Assembly (NCBI GenBank): GCA_032161105.1
Contig: JAVHTD010000034.1
Length of the DNA: 19,141 nt
Origin: Candidatus Thermosaccharophagus tengchongensis
Lineage (GTDB): Bacteria > Armatimonadota > Fervidibacteria > Fervidibacterales > Thermosaccharophagaceae
Reading direction: 5' to 3' (one strand)
The notes under the pieces were generated by a model that was not told where the DNA came from, searched no databases, and saw nothing but the letters and a program-made list of their open reading frames with translations. The position numbers and the translations under genes are program-made. Shown one piece after another: positions 16,567 through 19,141 of the stretch (the stretch's first letter is position 1; each line of letters opens with the position of its first letter).

Positions 16567-16609
16567 GTGTGTATCGCATGGCTCACCGCAGTTGAGGAGG
16601 GTGGATGAA

Positions 16610-17620
16610 ATGGATTTGCCAATGCAGGTGGAGGGAGCCAATCACTGTGGTTTTAGTGCGGGATTGCCATCAGTTCTTGAAAGGCTGCACCAATTTGGGA
16701 GGCTCCCGAGAAAGGATTTGCTCGGGATGCGTGATTTGTCTGCGGATGAGATTGAACTCATTTTAGATGTCGCCGATTTCATGAAGGAAGCCCTCGCGAA
16801 AGATCTTAAAGCCCTGTCTGAATGCCTGAAGGGGAAATCTCTGGCTACAGCGTTCTATGAGCCAAGCACACGCACAAGGACTTCATTTGAGAGGGCTGGG
16901 AAGGCGCTCGGAATGAGTGTTACCAATTTGCCAATTGATGTGAGCAGCGTTGCGAAGGGAGAATCGCTTAAGGACACCGCATTGACTCTTCAGGCGGTTG
17001 GATATGATGCCATCGTGATACGCCACTGGGCATCTGGTGCTCCGCATTTCGTTGCGAGGTATGTTTCGGCTTCAGTCATCAATGCTGGCGATGGGATGCA
17101 TGAACATCCAACACAAGCGCTGCTTGACCTTTACACGATGCGCAAGTTTAAGGGCAGATTGCACGGTCTAAAGGTCGCCATCATTGGGGATATACTCCAC
17201 AGCCGTGTGGCACGCTCAATCGTCTTTGCACTGAGCAAATTCAGCTCCGACATCGTCGTGTGTGGTCCGCCGACAATGCTCCCGGAAGCGTTTTCAGAAT
17301 TCGGCGTTAAGGTCACAAGGCGAACCGAGGAAGCAATTGAGGGTGCAGATATCATTTACATGTTGCGCATGCAGCTTGAAAGACAACGGGTTGGTCTATT
17401 CCCATCAATAGGTGAGTATGCGAAGTTGTATGGGATGGATCTTGAGAAATTGCGCTTCGCTCCTGAGGATGCGATTATCATGCATCCGGGACCGATGAAC
17501 CGAGGCGTTGAAATTTCATCGGATATCGCTGACAGTGATAAAGCGCGCATCCTTGACCAAGTGACCAACGGCGTCGCCGTCAGGATGGCAGTTTTGTGGC
17601 TGCTTTTGAGCGAACATTAG
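16610..17620 (+). CDS. pyrB: Aspartate carbamoyltransferase catalytic subunit
   Basis: FYEPSTRTRTSFE, SSVAKGESLKDT, IRH, NAGDGMHEHPTQALLD, GDILHSRVARS, LR.Q.ER, MHPGPMNRGVEI, QVTNGVAVRMA. GAGGAGG SD at 16594-16600. Confidence 0.97.
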   Translation: MDLPMQVEGANHCGFSAGLPSVLERLHQFGRLPRKDLLGMRDLSADEIELILDVADFMKEALAKDLKALSECLKGKSLATAFYEPSTRTRTSFERAGKALGMSVTNLPIDVSSVAKGESLKDTALTLQAVGYDAIVIRHWASGAPHFVARYVSASVINAGDGMHEHPTQALLDLYTMRKFKGRLHGLKVAIIGDILHSRVARSIVFALSKFSSDIVVCGPPTMLPEAFSEFGVKVTRRTEEAIEGADIIYMLRMQLERQRVGLFPSIGEYAKLYGMDLEKLRFAPEDAIIMHPGPMNRGVEISSDIADSDKARILDQVTNGVAVRMAVLWLLLSEH

Positions 17621-17634
17621 GGAAGGTGCTCGTG

Positions 17635-18417
17635 ATGACAGCGACCGATTGGAAAACTCAAGTTGTTGACCATGAACTGCGCCAATACATAGAAGCGAAC
17701 TGGCAACGCATTTTGGAGTTGTTTGCACCACAACATTTGATTGTTTTCGGCTCTCGTGTCAACGGTTCGGCAAGACCAGACAGCGACATTGACTTAATTG
17801 TCGTTTCTGACACCTTTGAGGGCATACCGTTTTTTGAGCGCTCTCGCAGATTCAACGGGCAAATCCCTTGGCACTTGCGAGTGGATGCGTGGTGCTACAC
17901 TGTCAAGGAATTTGAGCAATTGCGACGGCAAATTGGGATAGTTGCCGATGCTTGTCGGGAAGGGTTGTGGCTCATCAAAGGTGAGTTGCTCTCCGATGAA
18001 GAGGTGGGCAGTGTGATGACGCCCGAAGAACAAGCACGAAGATGGATAGCGCAGGGAGACCATGACTTAAACCTTGCCCGCGTTGCTCACGAAAATAACA
18101 GTTACGAGTGGGCTGCAGCCATTGCACAACAGGCTGCTGAGAAGTTTCTCAAAGCCCTATACATTGTCCGCTTCCAAGCAACACCACCACGAACGCGTGA
18201 CCTTGTGATGTTAGCGAACGCTTTAGGTGCACCACCTGAACTGGCAGCCGTCGGACGACCGTTGACCGAAGATTATTTGCGTGCTCGCTACCCTGACATT
18301 GCTGGTGGCATCCCACATGAGGTTTTTGATACAACTACGGCTCAAGAGCGAATCGCCCAAGCAGAAAAAATTCGCGATTGGGTTATTCAGCAACTTGAGC
18401 AAGGTGGTTCACCATGA
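17635..18417 (+). CDS. Fused minimal nucleotidyltransferase (MNT) - HEPN domain protein
   Basis: N-terminal half FGSRVNGSARPDSDIDL (GSx10DxD). C-terminal half W..Q...DL..A.......YEWA...AQQAAEK.LKA...Y..ARYPD...A......A is a HEPN of the COG2250-like type. No stop between the halves. Confidence 0.88.
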   Translation: MTATDWKTQVVDHELRQYIEANWQRILELFAPQHLIVFGSRVNGSARPDSDIDLIVVSDTFEGIPFFERSRRFNGQIPWHLRVDAWCYTVKEFEQLRRQIGIVADACREGLWLIKGELLSDEEVGSVMTPEEQARRWIAQGDHDLNLARVAHENNSYEWAAAIAQQAAEKFLKALYIVRFQATPPRTRDLVMLANALGAPPELAAVGRPLTEDYLRARYPDIAGGIPHEVFDTTTAQERIAQAEKIRDWVIQQLEQGGSP

Positions 18418-19141
18418 GCGAATTAAAGCAACAAATCATCAGCATGAGGGAAGTGACTTGGCAGGAATACGAAGAGTTCCTGCGCCAAAGGGGTGAAGTC
18501 GTAATTGAGGATGTTCACATCCCGCTGACAGGGCGCAAGCAAATTGCCGCTTTGCAACCCGCCGAGTTTGAAATGGAGCAGACAACGGTTTGGTCGTTTC
18601 CCGACCGAGGGGCATGGGCGACCCATCAAGGCAATTACCGAGGCAATTGGGCGCCGCAAATTCCTCGCAACTTAATTTTGCGCTACACGCAGCCTGGTGA
18701 ATGGGTGCTTGACCCAATGGTTGGCAGTGGCACGACATTGGTGGAGTGCAAATTGCTCGGGCGTAACGGCATCGGCGTTGACATAAACTATGAAGCGCTT
18801 ATGCTCACCTTTGACCGCTTGAACTTTGAACCGGGTAACCTTTACGAAACGCTCCCACCGGCAGAAATTCGGCTTTACCACGGCGATGCCCGTAACCTTA
18901 ACAAAATCCCTGACGAAAGCGTTGATTTAATTGCGACGCACCCACCTTATGCCAACATCATCGCCTACTCCAAAGGCGAAACAGTGAACGGAGACCTCTC
19001 ACGAATGCGGTCGCTGGATGAATACATAGAAGCCATGACAGAAGTTGCAAAAGAGTGCTACCGGGTGCTCAAACCAGGGCGCCACTGTGCCATTCTTGTC
19101 GGTGACACTCGCCGCCATAAGCACTATGTTCCGATTGCTTT
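18414..19141 (+). CDS. Site-specific DNA amino-methyltransferase (N4-C/N6-A family, HPPY motif); truncated by window end
   Basis: Not in the ORF track because it has no stop in the window. My translation: MSELKQQIISMREVTWQEYEEFL...TTVWSFPDRGAWATHQGNYRGNWAPQIPRNLILRYTQPGEWVLDPMVGSGTTLVECKLLGRNGIGVDIN...GDARNLNKIPDESVDLIATHPPYANII...RVLKPGRHCAILVGDTRRHKHYVPIA. Motif I (DPxxGSGT) and motif IV (HPPY) are present. ATGA overlap with the HEPN stop. Confidence 0.92.
   Translation, partial: MSELKQQIISMREVTWQEYEEFLRQRGEVVIEDVHIPLTGRKQIAALQPAEFEMEQTTVWSFPDRGAWATHQGNYRGNWAPQIPRNLILRYTQPGEWVLDPMVGSGTTLVECKLLGRNGIGVDINYEALMLTFDRLNFEPGNLYETLPPAEIRLYHGDARNLNKIPDESVDLIATHPPYANIIAYSKGETVNGDLSRMRSLDEYIEAMTEVAKECYRVLKPGRHCAILVGDTRRHKHYVPIA

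Noticed and set aside
18281..18881. Short ORFs listed at 18281-18496 (+), 18423-18659, 18439-18738 and 18672-18881 (-)
   Set aside because: They overlap the HEPN and the methyltransferase frame starting at 18414, which the ORF track missed because it has no stop in the window.
1..19141. tRNA, rRNA, CRISPR array, IS element or integrase
   Set aside because: No cloverleaf/T-loop signature, regularly spaced repeats, terminal inverted repeats or transposase/recombinase motifs were seen in any intergenic region.

Overview
Bacterial chromosomal window of moderate GC, probably from a thermophile. The branched-polyamine synthase indicates thermophily, and the DUF6785-type membrane protein tentatively suggests an Armatimonadota/Fervidibacteria-like lineage (inference). 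On the + strand it opens with a polyamine operon (3' end of bpsA, pyruvoyl arginine decarboxylase, SAM decarboxylase, speE), followed by rpsF (with a long N-terminal extension), ssb, rpsR, mfd and a cold-shock gene with a long structured 5' UTR. On the - strand lie ispG-trxB and a secreted DUF4139 protein. Next come a DUF6785-type polytopic membrane protein (+), mtnA (-), a secreted PKD-like protein (+) and pyrB, which has a ~190-nt leader ending in a terminator. The window closes with an accessory block: a fused nucleotidyltransferase-HEPN gene coupled to a DNA methyltransferase that runs off the end. The most notable observations are: (i) two mutually exclusive helices in the csp leader, one burying the SD and start codon; (ii) the MNT-HEPN/methyltransferase module together with no GTAC (or CTAG) found by eye anywhere in the 19 kb; (iii) a pyrB attenuator-like leader with no PyrR motif; (iv) the charge-segregated extension on S6.
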